From Diplonema japonicum (Eukaryota; Protista; Euglenozoa: Diplonemea), in assembly GCA_964019335.1 (NCBI GenBank), contig OZ025713.1, forward strand, positions 436,943 to 500,942: DNA of 64,000 nt, read 5' to 3'. Within the stretch, counting starts at the first letter, position 1, and each line of letters begins with the position of its first letter. Made by a program: the position numbers and the translations under genes. The notes beneath the pieces are model-generated. The model made no database searches. It had not been told where the DNA came from and saw only the letters and a program-made list of their open reading frames with translations. Positions 10,632 to 22,490 of this stretch are shown in pieces.

Positions 10632-13600
10632 TTGAAACCGGCAGGGTTGGCTTAAAATGAAATCAGATGGTCAAAATAGCAGCGAAAACGTGAGTCTCCC
10701 CCGACTGGTCAGATAAAGAGGAAAAAGACGATGAGGCGGTCAAAGAGGGGCCGGAAACGATGCTTGGGTGGGAGAAATACTCCCAAAGGCCTGAAACATA
10801 TCATTTCCGTGAAAAGGTGGGCTTAGGACACCTCTAGGTGAAGCGGCCAATGAGGAGGGTGTTTTTAATCTTTTTTTGTTACACACGCTCATAGTTTCTT
10901 CCACGAACGGTCGTTTCGGTTCAAAAAAACAGCGGAATCTGAATCTTTCCATCCCAGAGTACAAAATTTGGCTTGGGTTGGTCCTGTTAATGGGTTTACA
11001 CCCGGCACCGAATATGAAAAGCTACTGGGCAACAGATTCTATTTTAGCCATCCCGGCTTTTGAGAAAATGAGCAAACCGATTCGTTGACATACAGCGCTA
11101 CCTCACCTTTGACAACCTGGAAAACATCAGTAAGGCTTGAAACTGCGCCTCATGCACAGGTTTCTTGACATCATTGTCAACCGGTGTAGGACTGTGCGGA
11201 CCCCTGGCAAGTGGTTGTCTGTTGACGACAGTGTTATCCCGACAACAATAAAAGTCATGGCACCACGAAAAAAAACAACTCGGTGGGCATCAAGGTAATC
11301 GCTACATGCGACTCATAAAACGGTTACCTGGCGAATTTCAACATTTTCAGCAAGAAGTCCACAACACAGGACCTAGTCATGCATACTGTCGACTCCTATG
11401 GGTTTGCTGTCGACCCCTGACCGGCAAGACCAGCTCCAGGGGACTGGAGTTTGGCATATGAAAACCCGGAAGTAGTCGTTATTTATTGGGTTCTGGAAAG
11501 CTGTGTTGCCAACTCCTCCATAATCTGGAAGAAGAGCAGGGAATGTGGCAAAAATTATGGCTTCCCGAGCTTCAAAGAAGAACTTGTTGGCAAGCTTCTC
11601 ACCCATGCCAGGTGCAAACGTGGTGCCCCTGTTGCAACCCCCCCTTATGCAAAACGTGTTTTTTACCCTTGCATGCTACCCCAGCTGGAAAAAAAACTCA
11701 CAAGTTGCTTTTTTCATCCCACAGCCCCAAAAAGTCTCCAGACTGACCTCAATCCTAGAGTTCAGGGCACCAAATAGGGCTGAATGCTGCCTTTTTTAGC
11801 CCAGCCATAACTCCACGGACCCCCCACGACAAGACCCCCCAAAATCGGACATAAAAAGTACACCCTCAACCCCCCTCTTACACACATAGTTAAGTGTTCT
11901 CATCTGAATCTGGCACCTGGAATTGAAAATTTTAGTACCGTTTACCCTTTCCTTGCACCTTCCTATGGTTGCATGCTGCCCTTTTTTTTGAGTATTTAAA
12001 GCAACAACGAATGTGTCCTACCATCGCAGCACCCACCTTCTCACGGAGGTGATGCCGTTGATCGGCGATCTCATCTACGGCAACAACGGGCGGAGGTGGG
12101 CCGCCTGAGGCACAGGTTGTTCTTCTCACACCACCCGCGCGCCCACTCGTAGCCCAGGTCGTCGTCCGTGAGCTGCTGGCAGGAGATTGCAAGCCCTTGG
12201 GCGAGGCTTGAAACCCTGCGGTAGCTCAACGGGGCGCCGGCCTGTATCTGCTCCTTCACTGTTTCCCGCGGAGCAGCCTGTCTGTCTCACTTCAGGTTTA
12301 GGTTTTAGGTTTTTTTATTTTCTAGAGGTTCTTCTTCTTCATTTGACTCCTGCAGCCTTCGAGACAAAGCACGCAGGGAAAATACATTAGAAAAAAAGAA
12401 AAAGAAAGAAAAAAAAAAAAAAAAAAAACAATATTAAAAGAACATGAATGGAAAGAGAGAGGGATCAGGTGAAGAGGTGAACGATATGACAGTGTTCGCG
12501 AAGACGGGAGGCGGGGTTCACGATGTGGAAGTGTCGGGGAAGGAGACGGTGGGGATCCTGTACAAGAAGGCGGGGTGTGCTGCTGGTTTACTCGAAGGCA
12601 AGTTCGAACTGGTTTGGGAGGGAGAGGTCCTGGACAGGAACGGGGGTGAAGATATCCAGGAACTCGGGCTCGTGGAGGGCAGCGTGGTCCATGTGGAGGC
12701 GAAGAAGATGAGAACCGTTCAGCTGGAGGAGCTTGAGAGCTCAGAAGTGGTTTCAGAGCTTGAGGAGCTTGTGACAGCTGTCCCTGAGCTGGTTCTGGTG
12801 GTGGAGGTGGGGAACTCGCCAGCTGTCGAAGTCTTGTCCATGAAGACGATGGTCCTTCCTTCCGGACTTCGGTTCCTCGTTGTCACCGACTCCACAGGCT
12901 GTGTTACAAGGATAGGCTCTGGGTTTCTTCAAGAGTGCGACCACCTGACGTCTGTTGATCTCATCCTCCCCAATGTTTCCACCATTGATGATTTCTTTTT
13001 ATATGAGTGCAAAAATCTAGAAACCATCAACTTGAATGCGATGACCAATCTTTCTTCTATTGGTCATTACTTCTTGTATGGGTGCGAAAAACTAGAAACC
13101 ATCGACTTGAATGCGATGACCAATCTTTCTTCTATTGGTGATAGCTTCTTGCATGGGTGCGTAAAACTAGAAACCATCGACTTGAATGCGATGACCAATC
13201 TTTCTTCTATTGGTCATTACTTCTTGTATGGGTGCGAAAAACTAGAAACCATCGACTTGAATGCGATGACCAATCTTTCTTCTATTGGTGATAGCTTCTT
13301 GCATGGGTGCGTAAAACTAGAAACCATCAACTTGAATGCGATGACCAATCTTTCTTCCATTGGTCATTGCTTCTTGTATGGGTGCGAAAAACTAGAAACC
13401 ATCGACTTGAATACGTTGACCAATCTTTCTTCCATTGGTCATAACTTCTTGTCTTGGTGCGAAAAACTAGAAACCATCAACTTGAATGCGATGACCAATC
13501 TTTCTTCCATTGGTCATTGCTTCTTGTATGGGTGCGAAAAACTAGAAACCATCGACTTGAATACGTTGACCAATCTTTCTTCCATTGGTAATCGCTTCTT

Positions 13601-14573
13601 GTTTGAGTGCAAAAAACTAGAAACCATCGACTTGAATGCGATGACCAATCTTTCTTCCATTGGTATTGGCTTCTTGTCTTGGTGCGAAAAACTAGAAACC
13701 ATCAACTTGAATGCGATGACCAATCTTTCTTCTATTGGTCATTACTTCTTGTATGGGTGCGAAAAACTAGAAACCATCGACTTGAATACGTTGACCAATC
13801 TTTCTTCCATTGGTGATGGCTTCTTGTCTGGGTGCGAAAAACTAGAAACCATCAACTTGAATGCGATGACCAATCTTTCTTCCATTGGTGATGACTTCTT
13901 GTCTGGGTGCGAAAAACTAGAAACCATCGACTTGAATGCGATGACCAATCTTTCTTCCATTGGTCATAACTTCTTGTCTTGGTGCGAAAAACTAGAAACC
14001 ATCAACTTGAATGCGATGACCAATCTTTCTTCCATTGGTGATGGCTTCTTGGAGGGGTGCGTAAAAGTAGAAACTGTCGACTTGAATTTAAAAAGAAAAG
14101 TCGGTGTTTAGAAGAAGAAGAAAAAAAGAGGGGAAAAAAAAGAAGAAAAAAGAACACCCTGGCGCTGAGAAACATCTTTGTGGAAAAACCAACGAAAAGC
14201 AATCCAATACCTCGAAGACACCGGGGACCTGCCCCCCTCCGCAACAACTCCACAACAACCATCTAACCTGCTGAAGTAGCATGCCGATCAGAAGGCGGCT
14301 GAGGCACTTGTCATTTAATCAGAATCCCGAGATCCCATCCCTGATCCCCAAATAGAGAGTGTACCATCCTGTTTCTCGAGGAAACAGAGAACCTACCCCC
14401 TCCCCACCACAGCACCCGACCAATCAGATGCAGCAGTGTGAAAAAAAAAAAAGCCCCCCTCTCCCCAAACAAAACAAACAAACAAACAAACAAACATTTC
14501 CCCACCCCCGATAACGTATAATTAAAAAAAAATATGGGGGGGGCAGGATACTGAGGTCCGGCACCCTTAGTAA

Positions 14574-14631
<58 letters not shown>

Positions 14632-14986
14632 GTAAAGTGTTAAACAGCCAGCAAAGCTTGTGGAAAGAGAACACCAAGAAAAAAAAAGAGAGAGAAAAAA
14701 AGACCAGGACACCCCCTCCCCGGTCGTGAGAGGCCTATGGGTGTGGCACGCCATGTCTGAAACGTTTAGCTCCCTTGAAGCTCACACCAGTGTGCGAGTT
14801 TGGCCCATTTTATTTTGGCACGTTGGCGATGGCTGTGGTGGTCGTCGCAAGAGCGCCTGCAGGAAGTATTGGACGATAACAGTTAATGGGTTTCGTTTTT
14901 CTTCTTTTTTTCTTCTTTTTCTTCTTAGTTTATCACCGTTCTTACTGAGCGCCATTTGACTTGTCACCTTGATGTTAAAAGATCGA

Positions 14987-15023
<37 letters not shown>

Positions 15024-18000
15024 TGCAGGCCGTTGCTAACCACTTCGTTCTGTTATTTTCATTATTCTTTCCGGCGATAGACTGATACGGGCCATGGAAG
15101 CAACCTCTGCTTAATTCCTGGTACGTGGGAGGCTCCTCTGAGGATGTCAGTCACCTTTTTCCCTTTTTTATTCGACTCTCTGTTTTCGTATGCAGTATTT
15201 ATTCTTTTCCACCCCTTTTTATCTATTTTTTCGCTTCTCTATTCTAACTTAACCATCTATCAACGAGCGTCTATATATAGACGATTTGAAAAAAAATCTT
15301 TTACGCAAAGGGCTTTCAATGCAATACGGCCCGGCTCTTTCTTGCCGGCGGGGTCCTGGAAAATATGAAAAATATAAACTAAATGCTGCCCTAACTTAAC
15401 AAGAAAATGAAAAAATAAAAAAAACGCCAGCCCAAATTTACCCTTAAAAATCACTTCAAAAAAAGGCGCCCGGAAAGAGGCCGGAAGAGGACGTCATGAG
15501 TGATGGCAGCACTGATGGCTCATCCCTATTATGCAATTTTGATACAAACAGTGATTCTGACACGAATTCGACCGATTCCGAGTCACAGCAGGGTGATTGG
15601 ACGGCAAAGCCGGAGCAGTTGGAAGGCATCCGGTTTCGTGAAGATCGGAATCCTTGTGGACCCTGTTTTGACATCAAAGGCTCAACGCCATACCATATAT
15701 TCTCCCAAATGCTCGTCCCAAACTTTATTCGGGTCATAACTTCGAACAATGTGGCAAATGCGGCTAAAAAAGGTGTCTCCCTGGATCTTGGATATCAAGT
15801 CAGATTATTCTGATTACTGGTGCACTGGCTCCACGTTTCTCAACTACACCCCTGGGTACGCCACCGTCATGTCAAGAGACCGCTTTTTGACTATTCTGGG
15901 AAATCTGTGTTTCCACAGCGAAACAAACAAGCGTGCTGACTTCTACCTATCGCCAAGGCCTCCCGGAGATCATGGATGCCCCAAAGAAGCGAGGCCGCAA
16001 GCCCAAGGACGCGCATCCCGTGGGGACACAGTTCCACCAGCACGCGAGCATCCTTTGCACCACAACGTGGCATGACATCAAGCCTGTGTGCTTTCTATCG
16101 ACGTTGGATGTTCCAGTGAAGTCAAATTTGACCGTCCGCCAAAAGAGAATGAAAGCCGGAAAGGACATCTTGTTCCCACCAAGTGCATATTTACAACACC
16201 GCAATGGGCGGAACCGACGCTGGGTGATGCTGTGACAAAACGCCATAAACGCACCCTTATGACTTAAAAGTGGCCCCTAAAAGTATTTTCGTACTTGTTA
16301 GGTAAATCTCTGGCGAATGCTTGGCTTGTTTGGAAAGAAGCCTTGCCCCCCAACACCCTGAGTACGAACGACAGTGTATTGACGCCTTTCAGAGAGGCAG
16401 TCATCGAAGGGCTACTAGGGGAGGCAGTCTAAACAACAGATAAAGTCAACTACAGAGCAGGCTGCCCCAATACCATGCCCCGAAACACAGAACGAGTGCT
16501 CTGAGACCCCAATGCGCCGTGACAGTACCTTCTGGGGCCATTTCCCCGAAAAAGTAGTGCAACGTGCGGTGCAAGCATTTCAAGTCGAAAAGACCCCTAT
16601 TTCAGTGTTCAGCCTGCTTGGTACAACTTTGCGTGACTCCGTGCTTCAAAGACTGCCACCTTGCCGGGGATACCCCCAGAAACCCCTCCCGGGGTCAAAA
16701 AAGAAGTCCCCCAGCCCTGGGGCACGTACGAACCGCGTCAAGAAGGCCTTAAATAGCTTTTTATAGAATTTTACAGTCGATTCTTTTTGACTTGTTTTTT
16801 GTACCCCCTCTCGGGCACTTCAGGAACGATATTTTTGACAATGTTGTGGGGGTGGGCCCTGCTGTGGGCACCCTCTCTCTAGAATTGGGACATCCCTTAG
16901 TAGCCAAAAAAAAAAAAAGTGTAAAGTGTTAAACAGCCAGCAAAGCTTGTGGAAAGAGAACACCAAGAAAAAAAAAGAGAGAGAAAAAAAGACCAGGACC
17001 ACCCCCGATAACGTATAATTAAGAATAAAAATTGTGGGGGGGGAAGGATACTGAGGTCTGGCACCAGCGGATGAGGATGCGGGAAAGGGGGTTGCACTGC
17101 TTTCCCTGCCAAAGCTAGTCGAGGGTGCACACCTTGCGACATATGGGGCCCGACGGCACATGGTGACGACAGGAGACCACTTTTCTCCTCGAGCCAAACA
17201 GCCCCTTACCTTGCATGACTCCATGTAATGTTCCTCGCCCAGATGCCGTCCATCTCATCACGACAAACAGCCACCGCAGGCACCAGACAGCAACCGCAGT
17301 ACGGTGACCGATTAGTGTGGATTTCTACTTGAACAGTGAACACTCCCCTATGTGCACTGAAGCTTTATCGATTTTTTTAATTTTTTTTATTTGCTTCCAA
17401 GCTTTCTCTTGAAACTTTTGATTGTTACCTCAAGTTAGTTACCGTTCTTACTGAGCGCCGTTTGACTTTGTCACCTTGATGTTAAAAGATCGACTTTTTT
17501 TTTCTTCTTCTTTTTTTTATTTTTTATTTTCTTCTGATGACCGTGGTGGTCGAGCTTTCTTTACCTCTCCACTTTCGGGGCGAAGTTTAACAAGGGTGAC
17601 CGCTGTGTCACATTCCGCATGGCACCACTAAAATCGAGTCCCCCCTCCCCCTTCTTCTTCTTTTTTTTTCTTTTTTTTTTTTTTCCAGTGTGTCTTCTCT
17701 TTTTGTTGTTCTTCTTTCACAAGCATTATTATTGTGCGCCTGTGGTGTGGGTTTACCTTCAACATGAATACAAGGGGGGGGGGGGGGGGGGGGAAGAAGA
17801 AGAAAAAAAATGGCGCCGGTGGGAGCATCAACGCCAACACAGTGCAAGTACCTGCCGATTTGGCAGGTTCGAAGCTCTGTGCCGGAGGTACCGCATCGTG
17901 ATCGGCGAGACGTCGGCTCCGTCACAGGTGGGTAGAGTCTTGGGTCTGGAGTTCGACCTCCAATGCAAGAGATGGAGGATGTGCAGCAAGTGGATCGAAG

Positions 18001-18744
18001 CCCTGAAACCGGTACTGGAGGACTTCGTGTTTGACAGACCCCTACAGCTTCGGAGGTGGTGGAGGCTCTGCGGTCTTGTACTTTGGCATCAGAGGATAAT
18101 GGAAGAGTCGGAGCTAAGCCGGGAGAAGAAGAACAAAATGCTCGTATTTTTCAAGGGGCTGTTGGTGGCTCTCCTGCGGTGCAAACCGCGCAACCCCATC
18201 AGCTTCTGTGAGAAGTACGTTGAAGAAAAAGTAGAAGGCGACGAACTAGAAACCAGCCTGTGCAGAAGCTGGAGGGGAGACTTCAACACCTACGACTTCA
18301 CCAGAGACACCTCAGACGTGTTCCAAGTAAATAACCGAGATGTCTATGGGGAGTACGAGACTATTAGAAAAACCCTCGACTTCAACTACCACGGTAACTA
18401 CTCAAAAACCCGACAAGCAGTCCAAGACATAGCGGTCTCCGACGTTGTCCTGGGCGGTGAACTCAAATCCGAACCCTGGCTCGTCTACACAGCAGGAGCA
18501 ATGGGGGCTGGGAAGTCCCATGTTATCAGGTGGATGTCCGACCACGGGTATTTCCCACTACCGGACATCGTTCAAATAGACCCCGATCGGTTCAAAGAAA
18601 TGCTCCCAGAATGGCAGGGCTACATGGAGCATGACCCCATGCAAGCTGGGGGTAGAATGCGCAAGGAATCCGGGTATCTAGTTGAAATCGCACAGCACAA
18701 GGCAATGGACATGGGCAAGAACGTGTGGGTGGACGGGTCCCTGC
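10465..18744. repeat. Tandem amplicon unit 2 (8280 bp)
   Basis: Differs from unit 1 by +150 bp in the LRR array, +7 A and +1 T in homopolymers, and one substitution noticed (4728 C vs 12850 T). Confidence 0.95.
12444..14111 (+). CDS. UBL-LRR protein, copy 2 (14 core repeats)
   Basis: As 4322-5839 plus a duplicated HY+DS repeat pair and one T->M change. Confidence 0.9.
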   Translation: MNGKREGSGEEVNDMTVFAKTGGGVHDVEVSGKETVGILYKKAGCAAGLLEGKFELVWEGEVLDRNGGEDIQELGLVEGSVVHVEAKKMRTVQLEELESSEVVSELEELVTAVPELVLVVEVGNSPAVEVLSMKTMVLPSGLRFLVVTDSTGCVTRIGSGFLQECDHLTSVDLILPNVSTIDDFFLYECKNLETINLNAMTNLSSIGHYFLYGCEKLETIDLNAMTNLSSIGDSFLHGCVKLETIDLNAMTNLSSIGHYFLYGCEKLETIDLNAMTNLSSIGDSFLHGCVKLETINLNAMTNLSSIGHCFLYGCEKLETIDLNTLTNLSSIGHNFLSWCEKLETINLNAMTNLSSIGHCFLYGCEKLETIDLNTLTNLSSIGNRFLFECKKLETIDLNAMTNLSSIGIGFLSWCEKLETINLNAMTNLSSIGHYFLYGCEKLETIDLNTLTNLSSIGDGFLSGCEKLETINLNAMTNLSSIGDDFLSGCEKLETIDLNAMTNLSSIGHNFLSWCEKLETINLNAMTNLSSIGDGFLEGCVKVETVDLNLKRKVGV

Positions 18745-19391
18745 GGGACGGGGAGTGGTACGCAAGGCAGCTAAAGATCATCAAGGAAAAATACCCGCAT
18801 TACAGGGTGGCCATCATACACGTGTTGGCGGACTTCGACATCGTTGTGAACAGAGCAGATGAACGAGGGGTGTCGACTGGGAGGTACGTACCTGTTGAGG
18901 AGATCAAGGACAGTTTTGAAAGAGTCCCTCTTGTTGAGGAACTCTCAAAGTTGTGCGATTTCGTTGCGCACATCCGTAACAACGGAGGCGATCCAAAGCT
19001 TGAGGTATACTGTCACGACAGCGAACGACACACCGCCGGGGACTGGGAGGCCGTTCGTAACCGGTTCGCCACCCACAACGAACTGACCCAAAGCTGGTCC
19101 GCGCACGTCCACGAAACCCTGCGCACCCACGACGTCGTCCTGTTCACGAAATCCTACTGTAGTTACTGTAAGAAGGTCATCAAGCTGCTACACGACTACG
19201 TAGATCTTCCTGGTGCGCTTCACATTGTGGAGCTGGACACCCTTGCCATAGGCGGGGTTGGCATACAGCTGGAGCTCGGAAAGATTACAGGCGTGCGCAC
19301 TGTTCCTCTGTTATTCTACAAGGGTGTTTTTCGTGGGACGTGTGACGACGCTACCTATTATGCTAATTTTTGCAGGAAAATGCTCTTTTGA
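18099..19391 (+). CDS. RIIa/Dpy-30-like docking domain + zeta-toxin-like P-loop kinase + glutaredoxin
   Basis: LLVALLRCKPRNPISF; Walker A TAGAMGAGKS; IDPDRFK; VDGSLRD; Grx FTKSYCSYC, TVP, GTCDD. Start at MEES inferred (the reading frame is open from 17619). Confidence 0.8.
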   Translation: MEESELSREKKNKMLVFFKGLLVALLRCKPRNPISFCEKYVEEKVEGDELETSLCRSWRGDFNTYDFTRDTSDVFQVNNRDVYGEYETIRKTLDFNYHGNYSKTRQAVQDIAVSDVVLGGELKSEPWLVYTAGAMGAGKSHVIRWMSDHGYFPLPDIVQIDPDRFKEMLPEWQGYMEHDPMQAGGRMRKESGYLVEIAQHKAMDMGKNVWVDGSLRDGEWYARQLKIIKEKYPHYRVAIIHVLADFDIVVNRADERGVSTGRYVPVEEIKDSFERVPLVEELSKLCDFVAHIRNNGGDPKLEVYCHDSERHTAGDWEAVRNRFATHNELTQSWSAHVHETLRTHDVVLFTKSYCSYCKKVIKLLHDYVDLPGALHIVELDTLAIGGVGIQLELGKITGVRTVPLLFYKGVFRGTCDDATYYANFCRKMLF

Positions 19392-22137
19392 TGCGGTCAA
19401 ACCTTACATCCTTCGAGTCTTGTGGTCTCAATGGTGCAGGTTCTTTGCCTCCGTGGTCTCACCATCTGGTGTCACGGACCAGGTTTTTTCGCCCCCCATC
19501 AACCTGCACACCAACAGCGGGGAAGGTCGCCTGGGCCTGGAATGCGGCTGGGCCGTCATAAACTGGTTGGCGGACTATGCTGGTGTGGACCGCATCCCCT
19601 TCTCTACAATGCAGGAGATCCAGGAGATGTACCACGGCTTCTCACGACTCATCTCCCCTTCCAGCACTGATGAAGCGCCCGATCCTCTTGGCAACTTTTC
19701 CCGCTCGACCTTGTCACGTGCTTGCCTCATGGTCGTTGGTGCAAACTTGGAGGTCTTCCGTGCGGGCATGAAAGAAAGCCCCTGCTTGATCGTTGGTCCC
19801 TTGAAACGAAGTCTCAGCGGCCACTGGTTCATCGCTCTCAGGAAGAAGGGAAGGTACATGGTCAAAGACACTGACGTACGGCTAAGGCTCCAGAGCTTCA
19901 AACACATCTGCGCGACATACTCCGAACACAACATCCTCTGCATCCCAGACGATGTGTGGGCCAGGACAACCCCAGGCAGGAAACACAACACACGTGTTCT
20001 AGACCCTGAGGCTGAGTTGCGCCAGTTTGAGCCGGTCATCACCCCGGCGGCACCCCAGGTAAGCGACTCGAGCGCGCGAAAGACTGAGACCGCTCTCAAC
20101 ACCCTGGAAGATCACACCCTCCTAACTTATGTCACCCTAGCTGCAGCTATAGCTACATATGCCGCACGCACCCGACGGCTCGACACAGGAGTCGCCGCAT
20201 CAGGTGTGGATGCGCACACCGCTCACTTCGGGCGGCCCGTCGCCACCGCCATCATAGCCCTAGCTGCCGCCGTGGCCGCGCGAGCCGTGCACACCGGATG
20301 CTCTGTCACCACCACGTCTACGGCAAGCCAGACTAACGTGGTCGGAACTGTCCCGCTCTTCCTGAAGGTCTCGAGTCTGCACAAGTCTACACCACAGACA
20401 GCAGTCGCAACCTGTCAGACGGACCGTGTCACAGCACCTGTACTGTTCTCGATATCATCGACGCTCCAGACGGATCCTCCCAGCAGTAGACTGCCCCCGA
20501 TGGACGCCGGACTGGGGTCGCCCTCGGCCGCGGCGGTCAGACTTACGAAGTCTGTCGAAATTCCGACGCCCCGCGCGACCCTGTCGAGGCGGCCGGTTAC
20601 TGAGCCTCGGTTGACACCATGCCTTCCACCGCCAATGGACGTGTCATCCACCCAGCTCGCGGCCTGCACTCAGTCCACCCGTCGGGACACCGGACACGGG
20701 AGTGACACACCGATGCCGTCGTCTACCATGGGACACGCGACACTCCAACCAGTGGTCGGCTCCCAGATTGTGACAACGTCGGCTGTGGAGTCATCGCTCG
20801 CCCGAGCCGTGACAACGCCCGTTCTGGCAGACGCCCCCCTCGGCGCCCGCCAGGTACAGCTCACTCCTTGCATCCAGTCCGTCCATGAGAACATCGGACT
20901 CGGGATGGATACGCCGATAGCTCCCGCCATGGGACACGCGACGCTTCAACCGGTGGTCAACGCCCAGAGAGACACGACGCTGACCCTGGAGCCGCCCGTG
21001 GCCCGAGCCGAGGCAGACGCTCCCCTAGACCCTCACCAGGCGGATGGTGGTTTAGAAATGATCGACCTCACGCAGGACTCCCCGGACAGACCCTCGCGCA
21101 AGAAGAAGCACGACGGCACTGCTTACGAGCACGAAAGCCGTCGTGGTAAGAGTTCCTCCACAGGCGATGGGGATCTTCTCATCCTGCGCGAGCAGTCACA
21201 GGGTTTTGATCAGGAAGCCCTCAACCGAAGGGCCCTCCAGAGACGGATGGATCGATACCTCAGTCTCTTGGTCTACTTCCGGCGACACCCGGAGCTCTTG
21301 GACGAACACCAGCGTCAGCTCCTGTCGGTCGGTCCCCTCCCGATGCACCTGGACACCTCTCCACATCAACTGCTGCTCGAGGCCCGTGACACGGATAGAA
21401 CTGCCGACCAACAGGCAACCGTCGCCAACCAGGAACAGCTTCTTCTGATTGCGCACAAGGCGTTGCCTACCACCGAACGTCTTCGGTTGTCTCACGAATG
21501 GCACTCGGGGCTGAACACCGCGGTACAGCAACAGTGGTGGTCGGAGTTCTTCGCCCAAGGCGGCTGGAAACACCCACTCTTCGGTTCCGAGGCCCCAAGA
21601 GGTGACGAGACTAGGACTCCAGGGAGGACCCCTCTCCTGCTCACCTACAACGGGCAGAGGAACAAATGCCCGGAACCCGAAGACGGCCCCGCCCTTCCCG
21701 CGGCCAAACGGGATCTCGCCGCGACGAGGCCGAACACCAGAGTCACTGGACTTGTCGCCCTTAAGAGGCTCACCAGGGAAGCAGATGTCGACGGCCCTGA
21801 GGACCTGGATGAGCTTCGACACCTGGGCTTCCTTTCCCAGGGCGAGGCCGTCTTTGACCTCAGCTGCATGTCCAGGGCTTGCACACACTTCCTGGGTGAG
21901 ACCCCCATGATCACGGTCCCCCTCGACACACGCGTCGCGATCCCGTGTCTGCTGGTCTGTTATGACTCGACGTGGCTCTACGCTTCCCGCCAGGAACAGG
22001 GCTTTCGGTTGCAGACCCAAGGGTTCAAGGACAAGTCGTATCCGACTGTGGCAGCCCTACTCGCTGACTTCGTGGGGGCAGGGACCCTCTACTACAGCGA
22101 GTCACAGTGGTCGACTGTGCTGAACTCCTACAACTAA
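19360..22137 (+). CDS. Josephin-like cysteine protease domain protein with low-complexity linker and degenerate second domain
   Basis: LECGWAVINWL (Cys), LGNFSRSTLSRAC, GHWFIALRK (His), MVKDTD (Asp). First in-frame ATG at 19360; acceptor-like gctaatttttgcag at 19362-19375. Confidence 0.6.
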   Translation: MLIFAGKCSFDAVKPYILRVLWSQWCRFFASVVSPSGVTDQVFSPPINLHTNSGEGRLGLECGWAVINWLADYAGVDRIPFSTMQEIQEMYHGFSRLISPSSTDEAPDPLGNFSRSTLSRACLMVVGANLEVFRAGMKESPCLIVGPLKRSLSGHWFIALRKKGRYMVKDTDVRLRLQSFKHICATYSEHNILCIPDDVWARTTPGRKHNTRVLDPEAELRQFEPVITPAAPQVSDSSARKTETALNTLEDHTLLTYVTLAAAIATYAARTRRLDTGVAASGVDAHTAHFGRPVATAIIALAAAVAARAVHTGCSVTTTSTASQTNVVGTVPLFLKVSSLHKSTPQTAVATCQTDRVTAPVLFSISSTLQTDPPSSRLPPMDAGLGSPSAAAVRLTKSVEIPTPRATLSRRPVTEPRLTPCLPPPMDVSSTQLAACTQSTRRDTGHGSDTPMPSSTMGHATLQPVVGSQIVTTSAVESSLARAVTTPVLADAPLGARQVQLTPCIQSVHENIGLGMDTPIAPAMGHATLQPVVNAQRDTTLTLEPPVARAEADAPLDPHQADGGLEMIDLTQDSPDRPSRKKKHDGTAYEHESRRGKSSSTGDGDLLILREQSQGFDQEALNRRALQRRMDRYLSLLVYFRRHPELLDEHQRQLLSVGPLPMHLDTSPHQLLLEARDTDRTADQQATVANQEQLLLIAHKALPTTERLRLSHEWHSGLNTAVQQQWWSEFFAQGGWKHPLFGSEAPRGDETRTPGRTPLLLTYNGQRNKCPEPEDGPALPAAKRDLAATRPNTRVTGLVALKRLTREADVDGPEDLDELRHLGFLSQGEAVFDLSCMSRACTHFLGETPMITVPLDTRVAIPCLLVCYDSTWLYASRQEQGFRLQTQGFKDKSYPTVAALLADFVGAGTLYYSESQWSTVLNSYN

Positions 22138-22142
22138 TTTGG

Positions 22143-22174
<32 letters not shown>

Positions 22175-22490
22175 TTTTTTTTTGTGCATTTACCGTGAAA
22201 GTACAATGCATAAAGGGAAACTCAAGACCAGTGTTGAAGAAATGGATCATTATGCCTAAAGCTCTCCCTGGTGCTTCGTACCTCAACTCTGCGAAACAAA
22301 CTGCGGATATGTATCCCTACTAGTCACTTTCTGTGTCCCCCTGCATACGTATTTTAGCTATGTGTAGACACTGCTGTGTACATAAACAACATGCTTGTCT
22401 GTCTCGTCGTCACTCGGGTCCTCTTCACAGTGCGATGCTTGAGTGCACGTTTCGTATGGACAGCCAGCTGTCCGTCTTCCTTTTTCCGTT

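Noticed and set aside
17619-18098. N-terminal extension of the kinase ORF (poly-F, poly-G)
   Set aside because: Translation of homopolymer tracts and a TE relic; unlikely to be true coding sequence
21196-22020. 274-aa minus-strand ORF
   Set aside because: GC-rich antisense shadow of the Josephin-like ORF; no motifs
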